Assembly: GCA_964016885.1 (NCBI GenBank)
Contig: OZ024743.1
Span: 190,588,001 to 190,652,000 of the forward strand
Origin: Eledone cirrhosa
Lineage: Eukaryota
Direction: 5' to 3'
DNA: 64,000 nucleotides
The translations under genes and the position numbers were made by a program. A model generated the notes under the pieces. The model did no database searches, was not told the origin of the DNA, and saw only the letters and a program-made list of their open reading frames with translations. This document shows positions 13,126 through 27,250 of the stretch, one piece after another (the first letter of the stretch is position 1; each line of letters starts with the position of its first letter).

Positions 13126-14661
13126 TCTTCCAGAGGATGTTATCAACTTTTCGCAACACTTTATTGCCAAGAGTTGAGACAGGCTATTAACCCAATTCCT
13201 AGGGCCCACATATCCCAATATGGCCAGAGATAGGAGGTAATGGGAGTGAACCAGGGAGGATTTCCTCCAATATGGGTAAGAAGGCCCAGGATTTCGAATT
13301 TTGGAGGCAGACCTTCAAGGTAGGCACTAAAGCCTATCGTGCAAACCGCCCTACCACTCATAAAGAACAGTTGAATAAAACGTCCGTCGAATACGGAATT
13401 GTAACATTGTTGTACGTTATGCCTCTACTACATGGGTCCCATCGAATTGTTTTGGTTTATTCATTCATGTCTTAGAACACACACTTTAGCTCTGAAAATG
13501 CTTTAATTGTGCTTTACGCTGAGAATTTGTTATGGGGCAATCTTGCCGACTATATGGCAGTCGTGATACCTTCTCTAAAAGCCTCTTCTAAGTTTCTTAT
13601 TTACTCTCCCTCTAATATAGTTTTCCCTATCAATAATCTCTTAATCCATATACATGTTACTGTAATTGCCCTTATCAGGGTGAACAACTATTTGTTATTG
13701 ATCATTGTTGTCATCAGTTCTTGCTTAACTAATTAAACAGGATTAACTAATTAGTAAATCCGGTCTTTGTAAGCTATGCATGCCGGGAAAGACACGTGCA
13801 GCTTCCAGTAACTAGGTTCCTGCTTACGAAACCTGTCTAGATTGACCGTTCAAATCATTACTTTAGATTTTTGACAACCTTCATTGTCTCTATATGCTGG
13901 CCGACGTCTAGATGCGATCTGAATGACTCGATAAATTTTAGACAATGTCTACATTGGCACATTACAAACATACAGTGGTTGCCTGTGAGATAGTTGAAAA
14001 CGTTTGAGTACAATTGTGAGGTATTTGCACACTTCTCTTCTATTGACTATTTCTACACGATCCTGCGTGCATATAAGATGCAATTCCAGACTCCCACTAT
14101 CATTAAATCGGGCAGCATTTGTAAGAATGCCTCAAGACGTTTGACTATAACCGGTTATCCTTTACGTTAAAAATCGAGTGTTACATAACATGTGAATAGG
14201 GCAGGTTAAATAAAAACAATAAAACTTTTTCCAATATATTTTCACGTGTGCGTTTTGAATTTCTTACAAAATTGCGTGACTAGCTCTAAACTATCATAGT
14301 TTACTAGTGAGTGTGTTGTTGTTGTTGTTGTTGTTATTGTTTAAATCCAGGTCTCAACAACTAGAATCTTATCTTAATTTTTTAGAAACATTAGTATATG
14401 TTCTGCAATAGAATGTATTGCTATCGCTAGCGGATTGAGTGTCCACATTGTTGTTCCCTCATTAGTTGTCTTGCCTCTCGTGTGCTTGTTATTTGTTGAT
14501 ACACGTTAATGATATCATGTGAGCAGTAGAGTCATCATATAATAAGCAGCCATGTTTAACATGTTGGGCGTCTAATAAACCTCAAAATCCTGATGGTGGA
14601 TTTCCGGATCCTGACAACTTGCCTTTTAAACCGGAAGCAATCCTTACAGGGAGACTATCTA

Positions 14662-15011
14662 CAGTGTACCCCTGGTATTCGCGGTCCCGGTTTATTGTGG
14701 AAATTTCCTCAGAACCTAACTAATAATTGTTCGTGGAAACCGCCGCATATTCACTGAATCGTAAATATTTTTTCCTCGATTTTTGAATGGGTTTTTGTGT
14801 GGCAAAATATATAAATATTTAACGCTAAATTATTAATAACAATATACCGTATTTGCCGGCATATTTGAGCCACTTCAAATAAGACACTTCCTCTTTTTTT
14901 AATTATATTTTACATTACATTTTGACGTTTATAGGCTTTTTATGGGCCACTGCTTTTCACTTTTCGTGTGTGCTCTAAGAACGTAAACCACTGAATACCA
15001 GGGGATTACTG
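14662..15011. mobile_element. Tc1/mariner (Tigger/pogo-like) MITE
   Basis: Imperfect TIRs cagtgtacccctggtattcgcggt / accactgaataccaggggattactg flanked by TA on both sides. Confidence 0.7.
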
Positions 15012-15031
15012 TATATATATATATATATATA

Positions 15032-15540
15032 TTTATTAAAATAACAGATTAAAGTTTAAGCAAAGAATCGCTGCTTTCACCCTTAACGGGATCTTCTGAA
15101 ACTAACAAAGTCAATCTGTAAACGCAGAAGTGGATATTTCAAAAAAAGTTGCAACCGGAGGAAGACAGGAAGACAATACTTTGGTTCGTGGAAACGTTCG
15201 CTATGCAAATAAGTAATGGTATAAACAAAACATATACTTAGCTCCCACATCAAGACGTAAAATATTCACGTATAGATCGTACTATCCGTTAAGGTATAAC
15301 GTGGGGCTGTAATACAGGAAGGTTTTGTCCAATTTATGTTTACAAGCAATAATTGCCTCAGATGTTTTGTTTAAGATGTAGTCTGTGGCGTAGAGTATTT
15401 CCAGGGCCTCGGCGGCGCTGAGGTCACATGGTCTTTTATTTCCGTTATACGATCTAGCCCTAGCTAGGATCTCCCAGTGTAAATTATATTGGGTGTGGTT
15501 GTCTTTTAGACTCCAGATATAAGCTGAAAGTGACGTCATA
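15032..15540 (-). mobile_element. PLE 3' fragment (GIY-YIG C-terminus plus internally deleted 3' UTR), same family as 27250-29750
   Basis: MTSLSAYIWSLKDNHTQYNLHWEILARA...CKHK matches 28545-28790. Confidence 0.85.
15053..15103 (-). ncRNA. Hammerhead motif with CAGAAGA core variant
   Basis: Minus strand: agttt CAGAAGA t ccc gttaa ggg t GAAA gca gcgattctt tgc TT aaact; AATAAA ~15 nt downstream. Confidence 0.6.
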
Positions 15541-15544
15541 TTGC

Positions 15545-15632
<88 letters not shown>

Positions 15633-15835
15633 ATAGAAAACATCAGCACATCGAATCAAGTTGGAAACTGAAGATGAAATTCTGTTGCTCAAAGGAATAT
15701 GAAATATCAGAAGTCGCAGTATTTTAAGGCTGGAATATATATATTTAAAGAATCATATATATTTTGTAGGAATAATCTAGTGAAAGCGAGAAAAAATCCT
15801 GCATATAAACGCGCACATGTATGCACACACATATG

Positions 15836-15884
<49 letters not shown>

Positions 15885-15887
15885 GTG

Positions 15888-15918
<31 letters not shown>

Positions 15919-15922
15919 GTAG

Positions 15923-16005
<83 letters not shown>

Positions 16006-18017
16006 TGTGTAGGTAGGGTAGGGATGCATAATAAAATATAATGGAGGATTATTACTACATAAGTAACACAAAGTAAATAAAACCAAAATATTGAAGTTAA
16101 TGAAAAGAAATTGTATTCGTAATTGATATTTGTTATATTATATGGGATTGATTCGTATATATTTGCCAACTATTATATGAATGCAATGAAAATATATAAC
16201 GAAATCTGAACTGAAAACAAATTACAGAATATCAATTTGATATTCTTTAGAAGTAAACAATATTACATCAAAGATCATAGCTACTTTCTTTTAATCTATT
16301 TTTTCTGAATACTTTCTATAGGTAATTTCATATACTGCATTATCAGTGTAGTCTGTTGTTTGCATTAACTTTAATTTAGTTTACCAGTCTTAGCTTACCA
16401 TTAATATTATGCTAGGAAAATGGTAAATCTAATAGTGGTGCATTGAGTTCTTTTATTGCATCACTGATTCAGAGGAAAATAATTCTATTTAAATCTCATT
16501 GGGCTAAAGAAAAATGTCTGTGGATCTCTAACTCTCCCATAGCTATTAAGCGTGATTACGCAGGGTTAAAAGAAGATAAACAACAACAATAACAAATCCT
16601 AATACAATTATACAACATGAACAAAAACAACAACAAATTTATAGTAATACTCTTGTTATTACTATATTATATTCAGTAAGCTCTACTGAAGTAACATTAT
16701 TACTTCTTATCGCTTCATGATCTCAGAAGTAATGTAAATCATTGAAGAATTGGTTAGTGTAACAGTTTAGAGTGTATTACATTTTAGTTTCTCTTACACT
16801 ATATTTATATCGCTATATAGAATTAAGAGTATTAAATTGGATAATTTATACGAATTCTAGTTTGCTCTTCCATGGTTTTGATATCAAATTCTTAGAATAT
16901 CAATTTGTTCTCTTATTCTCTAATGCATATCAAGGTAAGTTACAAGAAATTCTCCACTAAGTTAGTTTAAGGATAGAAGGATTTCCAAATCCAGTCTTCT
17001 TCTCAAAATGGTTCTCTGGCATCTACTTCATGAATCTATCTGTATTGAAGTAATGGCACAGCCCCTTTTATGGTGGCTTCAACTTCAACGTGGACAATTG
17101 AAAATGTGAATTAGTAAAATCCATTAGGATCTTAAATTGATATCTGAACTTTGCATCTAATATATACCACATCGGCATCAGTGATCACTGTGTATGGTAG
17201 ACATGCATTCGTGATACTGTGGTTGTACTGGTTAGAGAAACGCATTTCAACCTAGATAAATGATCATACAGTACGAATAAAGTACCAGTTTAGGAAAGAG
17301 AAGCGACTCAGTGTACTTGCTTTCACCTACATAATAACAGCTTTATTTGATTTTAAACATTTATTTCATTAAAATATTACAATTTCGTCATATCGTGAGA
17401 TAACAGAAGAAAAGGACATACGTATCAAATCAGGAAGCCCAGGAAAGTTTATAGTCTGATTATCTTTATTATTAAGTTTTTGCAAAGACGTGAAATGCAA
17501 GTCACATTTCACACTACATATTGTCTACTTGAGTAACCAGTTCTGAATATTTATGATTTGGGAAAAGGTTACAGGAAAATGCATGTACAGATTAAAACAA
17601 ATACAGATTTAAACAACTTGAGTGCAATAGCCCTTTTAAAATTATAGATCCATGAAAAATGGTCTAATTACCCCATTCTCAGTTTTGGCCTGTTGGCAAA
17701 GATTATAACTATAGTGATTGATCTGAGTGTTGTAAACACCATACTGTTCAGCATAACCAGAATCAGCTTGTTATATTGTATAGAGGTGGGTTAAAGAAGA
17801 ATGCGTAAAGATATGGATCACCTGAGAGGATTGTCAAACAATTTCTATGCACATGGTTTCATATAATTTGTAATACACGTCGTCAAAGTCTATACTTTTG
17901 TGTAGTTGGATCTATACTCCCGGAATTTTTTTATTAGTTGCTTGCTTAATTTTAACAAACTAGTCTAAGAGTAAACAATAGTTACTCCTCCAGATGCCAT
18001 ATTACATATATATGGTG

Positions 18018-18125
<108 letters not shown>

Positions 18126-18236
18126 TTATATATATATATAGGGAGTGTAACATGGAGTTACTGTAGGTTCACCCGGGTGAGCACTAGATGTTTAGGTTCA
18201 CTTCTGTGTCGAGGTGTAGAGCTATAAGGAGTGTAT

Positions 18237-18540
18237 TATATTGAAAAGATAACAAGGACGATTGGTTACTCCTTAATTACATTTATTGGAAGGTGATGCG
18301 CGTTTCGCCACTGATCAGCTCAAGGTTTGATCTGTATCGATCTTACCCGACTCTATAATCCGCAGCTCGACGGACCCCTACTTTCTACTACCATTTGAAG
18401 GGGTCCGTTCAGCTGCGGATTATAGAGTCGGGTAAGATCGATACAGATCGAACCCTGAGCTGATCAGTGGCGAAACGCGCGTCACCTACTAATATATGTA
18501 ATGAAGGAGTAACCAATCGTCCTTGTTATCTTTTCAATAT
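18237..18540. mobile_element. Small fold-back (arms ~18237-18380 / 18398-18540) of a degenerate HHR-bearing pLTR end
   Basis: Inverted arms; minus strand ggggt CCGTCGA gctgc...gtggc GAAA cgcgca TC acctt ccAATAAA. Confidence 0.7.
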
Positions 18541-18629
18541 ATATATATATAAATATATATGTATATATATATATAAATCAAGAAAGAAGAGTGACATGCT
18601 TTGCTATACAATAAGGGCTTTATTCACAT

Positions 18630-18737
18630 TGCTGACAATTGTTTCTCTAAACCGGTAGGTCTAGAGATCGCTACCCGCCTGATTTTGCGTCAATCGATCA
18701 CCAATACTTTGTTATAATCAGTCTATTCATCAGAGCA
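18630..18737 (-). ncRNA. Hammerhead motif with ~80-nt stem II region
   Basis: Minus strand: tgct CTGATGA atagactg...ccggtttaga GAAA caattg TC agca, then gaataaa. Confidence 0.65.
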
Positions 18738-19469
18738 TGCGAGAATGAAGGATATACACAGGCATGGCTACTATATATAGTAGTGGTATTAAATCATAAC
18801 AATAATAACAATTCTCAAATAAATTAGCTAGATAGTAAAAAGTTAAAACAATCACATCAATCTGAGTAAGAAATAGAGTATAATGATGGCCTTAGCATGT
18901 AAAACGAACTGATACGATACAGATTTATGAAATTGTCATGTGAAAGCTGTCATGGGGTACACTAGATATAGTGCAGAGGTGGAAAAGAGATAACTTGGGG
19001 CCAGGAATTATGGACTATCTACTTTACTGTAGGTTTGCTGGCCGTAAGTTGAGGATTTATTTATTATCTGACAGATAAAATATTTTCATTGTTGTGAGGA
19101 TGGTAAGTTTTATGTGGTGTAAAGTGGAGTTGTATATTCGTTATTTAAGTGGCCTATATTAGATGTAGGGATTGTTAGTTAGAATCATGGTAGTTTAGCT
19201 TTCACAGCATCAATAATAAATCGTACATGAATAAGACAACAATCACAACAACAATAGAGGCATTGAGGTAATACAGTAGTAAAGAATATATAGAAAACAT
19301 GATGAATACTATTACGGATACATTGGGGTGTTCATTATAACAACAGGAGGAAAATGATATTTCAAGGACTGCAGTAGTAGTAAAATAATGAACTTAGAAT
19401 TAAGTTCATCTGTTGAAGATCATAAGTGTTAATGTGAAATATAACTGTGAAATATCACTGACGTCGTGG

Positions 19470-20868
19470 GGTTATTTATAGCGCACAACCTACATAAAGA
19501 ATTTAATAACCTCCAAGGAGGTATTTATAGAGATGACACGCTCCTTATAGCTAGGAACTTAAATAACCAGAGCATGGAAAGATTACGAAAAAACAATCTT
19601 CATAAAACTAGGCCTAAGTATTACCTACAAACTGAATCATAAAAAGGCAAACTTTCTAGACGTAACTCTAAACCTAAACACGGGATTAATAGAACCCTTC
19701 CACAAAATAACGAGAATTTAGCCTACATTAGTTATAACTCAAACCACCCACGATCCATAATCAGATACATAGCACGTAATATATCCCTTAGAATATCCCG
19801 CTTATCCTCAAACCAAGAAATTTTTAATGAGCATGCTAACTATTATAACGCGGCATTATATAGGACTGGACACAAAGAAAAGCTACAGTTTATAACGGTT
19901 ATGGACAACACAAACAAAACCACTAACACTGGCACCAACCGCTCACACAACATTAACGGTAACGGGACTAGACATAGAGGAAGGCAAGTAGCACCTAGAG
20001 TAGGTGCTCCAAACACGAATAATGTAAACCCTAGAAACTATAGAAGAACTATGGAAAGAAAATACCTATGGTTTAATCCAATCCTCAACTCTTCTGTAAG
20101 AACTAAACTACCTTCTACGTTTTTTAAACTAATAGATAAGCACTTCCCTATATCGCATAGATACCATAAAATCCTCAATAGAAAAACTATAAAACTCAAA
20201 TACTCTACGGCTGCCAATATACAATCCCACATACGCAAGATCAACCACATGAATACCTCTAGGAAAACTACCCTACCTATATGCAACATAGCACCAAACT
20301 CTAAACACAAACACATTACCGTATCACAACCACAAACGCTCACGAGTTCGCCACAGCAAAACCTCAATGGGCAAGAATCACAACCCACTTATAGCAGTTT
20401 ACTAAGCTGCAATGTGAAAACTGCACGGAATAACACCTCAAACTGCAATTGTCACTTACCAGATAGGTGCCCATTGGCGAATAGGTGCCTTGATGCGAGC
20501 CTAGTGTACATGTGTACGGTGAACTCGGACAACTCCACCTAGAATTACATTGGATCCACCGCGGGTACTTTTAAAAAAAGATGGTATGTGCACAGACATT
20601 CGATGAAGAGCCGTGCACTAATAGGTTCTACAACCCTCGCTAAACGATCTGCGAACTTAAGGACAATAACCTCGACTACAATATCAACTGGTCGAGGTTG
20701 TCGGCCGCAAGGGCATATAGTACCGTTATGTCCTACTGTAGACTTTGCGACCTTGAATTACTGTATATCCTTAGGAACGATAAAAGACTACTCAACAACA
20801 AAATAAAAAGGTCAATTTTCTGCAGACATAGGATCGCTACTAAATTCACAAGATTTAAGCGATCGTGA
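19470..20868 (+). pseudogene. PLE RT C-terminal half, linker and GIY-YIG (disrupted)
   Basis: GGIYRDDTLL, NFLDVTL, SNHP, LWFNP, CNCHLPDRCPLANRCL..LVYMC, YIGSTA. Confidence 0.88.
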
Positions 20869-21728
20869 TTCGAACCAACATAACTTAGCTTCAACACATG
20901 AAACCGCACTCTCACACAGACCAATACTGAACTATAATATTCTTTAAACATCTTCTAGCCTCCCTAATTCTATACCACAGTAATGTGTGCAAATATCTTA
21001 TCAGACCATAAATCTATCTCTTCTCTGCTGCTGTCCAAACCACCTCAGACCAAGTAATTATATTTCACATTAACACTTATGATCTTCAACAGATGAACTT
21101 AATTCTAAGTTCATTATTTTACTACTACTGTAGTCCTTGAAATATCATTTTCCTCCTGTTGTTATAATGAACACCCCAATGTATCCGTAATAGTATTCAT
21201 CATGTTCTCTCTATATTCTTTACTACTGTATTACCTCAATGCCTCTATTGTTGTTGTGATTGTTGTCTTATTCATGTACGATTTATTATTGATGCTGTGA
21301 AAGCTAAACTACCATGATTCTAACTAACAATCCCTACATCTAATATAGGCCACTTAAATAACGAATATACAACTCCACTTTACACCACATAAAACTTACC
21401 ATCCTCACAACAATGAAAATATTTTATCTGTCAGATAATAAATAAATCCTCAATTTACGGCCGGCAAACCTACAGTAAAGCAGATAGTCCATAATTCCTG
21501 GCCCCAAGTTATCTCTTTTCCACCTCTGCACTATATCTAGTGTACCCCATGACAGCTTTCACATGTCAATTTCATATATCTGTATCGTATAAGTTCGTTT
21601 TACATGCTAAGGCCATCATTATACTCTATTTCTTACTCAGATTGGTGTTGTGATTGTTTTAACTTTTTATCTAGCTATTAATACCACTACTATAGTAGCC
21701 ATGCCTGTGTATATCCTTCATTCTCGCA

Positions 21729-21836
21729 TGCTCTGAAGAATAGACTGGTTATAACAAAGCATTGGTGATCGATTGACGCAAAATCAGGCGGGTAGCGATC
21801 TCTAGACCTACCAGTTCAGAGAAACAATTCTCAGCA
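21729..21836 (+). ncRNA. Hammerhead motif, sense copy (stem III mismatch)
   Basis: tgct CTGAAGA ...actggt...accagt... GAAA caattc TC agca. Confidence 0.55.
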
Positions 21837-22056
21837 ATGTGAATAAAGCCCTTATTGTATAGCAAACCATGTCACTCTTCTTTCTTGATTTATTATTACT
21901 CCAAGTGTAAACTACATAGAAATCACCGCGTACTCGCAGCATCACTATGGAAACGTCTTATTGAGTCAAACTTAGCCAAGCGTTAATGCTATCCACTATT
22001 CGGAGTACTCTAACTGGACTACATCTAAGTGGACTACCTATAACGATAATTTGTTA

Positions 22057-22094
<38 letters not shown>

Positions 22095-22845
22095 AGTTTA
22101 ACATTTGGTGGTTTACCACTGGGTTCAATTGGTCATTTTGCAATGTTAACCATGACGTAATCTGGGAAAAGCACCCAATGTTATGCGACTCATCCATTTC
22201 TGATGTTGAATCATGTTGGTGGTTCGGGAGCGGAGTAATTGTATTTTAAAGTGAAATGACAGGAAGCCAAATATGTTGAATTTCCTTAATTATTTATTTG
22301 TGCAAAGAATATGCACATTTCAGTGGCCAGGTTGCGTAAGAACCCGGTGACATCTTCAGGTGTAAATTGCCTAATAGGTTTTTACCAAAAGAATGATGGA
22401 AAAATTTAAGGAAACAGCGACGGGAATGTATTGTAACAACTTGATACTTTGCTCGTCTCTGAGTCAAAACATACACACACTCTTTTTCCTCTCTGTTATT
22501 TTTTCTTTGCTTCGTATCTATGCGAGGGTGTGTGTACGTATACGTATGTACATGTACAATTTATACGTTAAGAGAATGTGTGTGCGTAGGCATTTCATGC
22601 ATGTGTGTGTATGTGTGTCATCGTCTATATGTAGATATATTTCATTATTTATATCCGTTCATTTTGTTTTTGTTTTTGTTTATATGCTTTTTTTCTTGTA
22701 ATGCTTGGGCTGGGTACGTCCGTTGAATTCTAATTCCGTGTTTGATCATACTATATGCTTGTTTGCGTTTTTGCTGGTTCGTCCACAGACTTGATGTGAT
22801 TTTTGTTGTGTTAACACTGGTCCACAGATCAGGCACACTTGGATT

Positions 22846-22903
22846 CGGTCTGAGGGTGCCATCCCTGATCATGAACCAGCTGCTTCAGAAACATTTGTAA
22901 CCA
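22846..22903 (+). ncRNA. Degenerate hammerhead-like motif in a solo pLTR-like segment (~22480-23025)
   Basis: ggt CTGAGGG ... GAAA catttg TA acc, AATAAA ~10 nt later; core has a mismatch. Confidence 0.35.
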
Positions 22904-23024
22904 GAATTGAGCAATAAATCTCCTATGTAACATCTCCACTTTGTTCTTATTATATACACTCTGCTCTGCATTAAGTGCTGACTTCGGTTCTCTCACCAGT
23001 TTTCTTCGGATTTACTGAACTTTC

Positions 23025-23076
<52 letters not shown>

Positions 23077-23124
23077 CATATGCATATATATTCATATATA
23101 TATATATACATACATATGCATATA

Positions 23125-23198
<74 letters not shown>

Positions 23199-23502
23199 GA
23201 TACACATATATATACATACGTATGCATACATAAAAATATATATAACAAGGAATACATTTGGTAGCATCAGGTTTCTATATTTCTTAAACATATTCAATAT
23301 TATCCAAAGTATGTATAAATCATGATTAAATTAAATGAAGTTTCATGTTCTGCACAAAGCACTAGAGCATTGGAACAAGTATTCTTATATAATTTATCAT
23401 TTGATATTTAATATAGTGAAGGTACATTGGTACTTATTTATTTAAAATAGAAATGACGTCTATAAAACTAGAAACAAACGTATATATATATATATATATA
23501 TA

Positions 23503-23688
23503 TAATTGTTTCTACTTTTGGCACAAGGCCAGCAATTATCAGTGCATTACTGGTATTTTATCGACCCCGTAAGGATGAAAGGCAAAGTTAACCTCGGCGG
23601 GATTTGAACTCAGATCATACAGGGAGGTAACTCTATGCTTCAAAGCATGGCGTCCGACCCTCTACCGATACTGCCAATCCACCGCCAT
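23503..23688 (-). mobile_element. tRNA-derived SINE, family 1
   Basis: Reverse-complement match to 9398-9580 with intact ggcggtggattggc start. Confidence 0.85.
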
Positions 23689-25089
23689 CATTCGATATGT
23701 TAACAAATGAAAAAATATTCGCGTAATCAAAATATATACTTTATTATATATCTTTCAAAGGTAATGTGTTGTTTTTTCAGTACGTCCTCAGCAGAAAAAA
23801 TATATGATTTGATATATGACATAGCGCTATGGTCTTGATTATTCAATTCCAGTATTGGCAATGATTTATTTAATCAAATCTCAACGTTTTTATACCACAG
23901 ATAATATGATAAACTTAAAGAAGAAAAGGACGAAGAGCAAATTAGAGATATAAGAGGAAGGCAATAAATAAATAAATACATACATAAATAGATAAATGAA
24001 TAAAAAAATAAATGGATGAATGAATAAAAGAAAAGAAATATATAAAAAATGAAAGAGGAATAACGAAAAAAGAGAGGGAAGTTGTGGGTAGAGTAAAAGG
24101 GAGCAGGGGGGGGGGTAATGAAAAGTAAGGAAACACCAAATAGAGGGGAATATAAAAAAACCGTTGTTTTCAAATGCTAGATAAAATAAGTAATCAAATC
24201 TAATCACATAAACAATTGAATATCTCTTGTCTTTGATTATGTTTTAGCTAATTATACTTATATATTATATCAAGATTATTCAGTGTAGATTACTTTCTAT
24301 AGCAATCACATATTTAATTTAATTATAAATTTATATAATATAATTTAACTCATTATAAATTATTAGAATTTTTGATTTTAAGGTAAGATATTCCATAAAT
24401 ATTGTGTTACAACTTTAAAAGAATTAATGTTTAAAGTGTATTTAAATAATTATTAAATATGTATTAAAGAATAATACCATACATATATCATCATCAATAC
24501 ATATAATATATTTAGATCATTTATTACCCAAATTAATTTATTTTAATTTAAAGATTCGCTTTATAAAAGCTTTACAATTCTTTAATTTTCATTTAATTCA
24601 AACTGTAGTTATATTTACTCTCAAAAGTTCTATTTCATTAATTTAATGAATGGTTATATTTACTTCTGAATTTACTTATTTTGATATATAGTTTCTTTTT
24701 AATGATAGTCTATATATTATTAATCTACATATTTCATATTTAATATATTTTAGCAAGCTAGTCAAAAAGGAATTTTTACGGACAATGTAAACAAAAGGAA
24801 GATAACTCATTGACCATATACAAGGATTTATAACTTATCTCTACTCTCACGTCCAGCGATATTTCGAAAGCCATAAATCATCTATTGTATATATCATAAT
24901 TGATGTCTAGTTAAATATTGAACTGTCCTAATCAAAGCATAGGATGACGAGACACTTAATGAAATGTTTCTAATACATATAAATATCAATAAATTATTAC
25001 CACAATAAGGCAAAACTTCTATATATATTTAAATTATTAATTGTCAATATTTTTTTCGAAACTTGTACATTGCCTGGAAGGTTTTACCA

Positions 25090-26223
25090 ATTTTATGGTG
25101 ACAACTACTAAATGATTCATTTTTTTATTTTTTTTATTAAATTGTCATAATTTGTAATTATCTGTAGAATCTCAAGGTTACAAAGATTGCAAATTTGCGA
25201 AATAGTTGAGTTCCGATAGGAAACATCATTCTTTAATTTCCTCCAAGAGATAGAGTATTTAATATTATTGTCCTTTAAAGACCATACTAATTGTGAAAGT
25301 GAAGTTGAAAATTTCTTATCTGGTCTATTGAAAGAATGTCTATGATTATACCAACGTTCCATACATTTAGATGAACTGGGGCCTATGTAGTTATATATAT
25401 TATTATTTGTCTTAATGGTACATTTATATACTAGATTCTTGTCAAGGCAATTATTTTGTAAAGGGCATTCATACCTCTTTCTACAATTACATTTCTTTTC
25501 AATGTTATTTACACACGTTAAACTATTCCCATTATTATTTAAAGGTGTTCTACTATTATTCGTGTTTAAACTATTATTATTGTTATTCCCATTAACTAAT
25601 GTATTGTTATTATTATTATTATTGTTAATTATAGGTTGGTTCAAATTAAGATTTTTATTATTTATTTTTGCTATATTTTGAGCAATATTCATAGTTGTTG
25701 AATAAGAAAGTTTAACTGTGTGTCTATTGAAGATAGAGTAATATTTATGTGACCTAGGGAAGCATTTATCCAAAGCTTTAAAATATAAATGTGCTACAGG
25801 TGTTTTAATAGCTAAAGATGCTGGCGGAGCATACCAAATTATAGATATAGTTCTTATTTTTTTCCTCGATTTATTCATCAAGCTGTTATTTTTATATTCA
25901 TTTTTATCATGAGTACTGTGATTATAATTAATTTTATTTTCAGTATTTTTTCTATATACTCAATAGTATTGTTATATCCAGCTTTATGTAGACCAGATAA
26001 GAAATTTTCAACTTCACTTTCACAATTAGTATGGTCTTTACAGGACAATAATATTAAATACTCCATCTCTTGGACGAAATTAAAGAATGCTGCTTCCTAT
26101 CGGAACTCAATTATGTCTCAAATTTGCAATCTGTGTAACCTTGAGATTCTACAGATAATTACAAATTATGACAATTTAATCAACAAAAAAATGAATTATT
26201 TAGTAGTTGTCACCATAACATAA
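25090..26223 (-). mobile_element. PLE remnant (linker plus GIY-YIG, ORF 25117-25881) with a 5' inverted segment 25992-26223 copying ~25095-25325
   Basis: IIWYAPP, IFNRHTVKLSYS, CNCRKRYECPLQNNCL..LVYKC..YIG; RPDKKFSTSLSQLVW occurs on both strands. Confidence 0.88.
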
Positions 26224-26224
26224 G

Positions 26225-27000
26225 TTTACAAGCATATCAAGCAGGCAAAGGTGTTTGTGTATTACAATTACGATTTTATGGTGTATGTAATGCGATGATT
26301 GTTTCTGTAATGTTCAAATGTGTATGTGTTGAGAGTATCAAGGCTATTGCTATCTTTTCCATTCCATTGGTTAAATTCTATTTTAGTGAATGTTTTTAGT
26401 TAGTTACAGCTATGGATTGTATATTGGTCCTATTATATTGTTATCCGTGGTTCGAGTTGTTCTATAGCGATACTTCTAACGGTTTAATTTCCGGAACAAT
26501 TTTAATACACAAACACCTGTGCCTGCTTGATATGCTTGTAAACCTATGTTATTTAATGTGATACCTTTGCCATACAGTAATTATATATGCCTAGTACCAT
26601 TGCTTGTCTCATTCCTATATATTCCTAACGCATTTTCACTCTCTACACACTTGCATATGTACTTCTGGTGTCCTCGTTTTACTAGTAACTTTTCTACTTA
26701 ATGCCTCTTTAATTATTATACTATTTCCTTGTGATATCTGTCGCATGCATTCCATTCTGTGCTTTTAAATTTTAATTATTGTACAATTCTCTTGTAATAT
26801 ATATATCGCATCCATTCCACTCTGTAAATACGAAATTGTTGTTGACAACATTAATATCCATGTATCTACATGTTTGTTCAGTTGAATAGGAGATTAACTA
26901 TATGTACAAACATTGCTAGTGCTCCGATGACTGCAAACGAAAGTTTGGAAGAAACGATTGTCAGCAATAAAATGATTTGAACATAACTTTCATTATTGTG
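26225..27000 (+). mobile_element. pLTR-like segment related to 3480-3871, with short inverted repeat (26225-26263 / 26503-26541)
   Basis: Shared blocks with the arm of the 626-3871 element; terminal HHR. Confidence 0.6.
26920..26966 (+). ncRNA. Type I hammerhead motif (CCGATGA core variant)
   Basis: tgct CCGATGA ctg caaac gaaa gtttg gaa GAAA cgattg TC agca ataaa. Confidence 0.65.
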
Positions 27001-27202
27001 TAATTTATATATATATAAATATATATATATTATTTCTGTATTATTTCTGACCGTTGGTCAGTCAATGGCAACATTGAGGACCGAATAAATTAGATTACCG
27101 GTATCAAAGACACAGAAGCGAAAAGCGAAAACCAACCAAACAGTGAGTGTGTTCTGTTATTAATTCAGGCAACATTACACAAATATGACCCTTCCCAAGT
27201 AT

Positions 27203-27249
<47 letters not shown>

Positions 27250-27250
<1 letters not shown>

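Larger units (their letters stand above)
18575..22060 (+). mobile_element. 5'-truncated Penelope-like element with inverted 3' UTR copy (arms 18575-19445 / 21057-21893)
   Basis: Reverse-complement arms; RT and GIY-YIG remnant between them; HHR in each arm. Confidence 0.88.
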
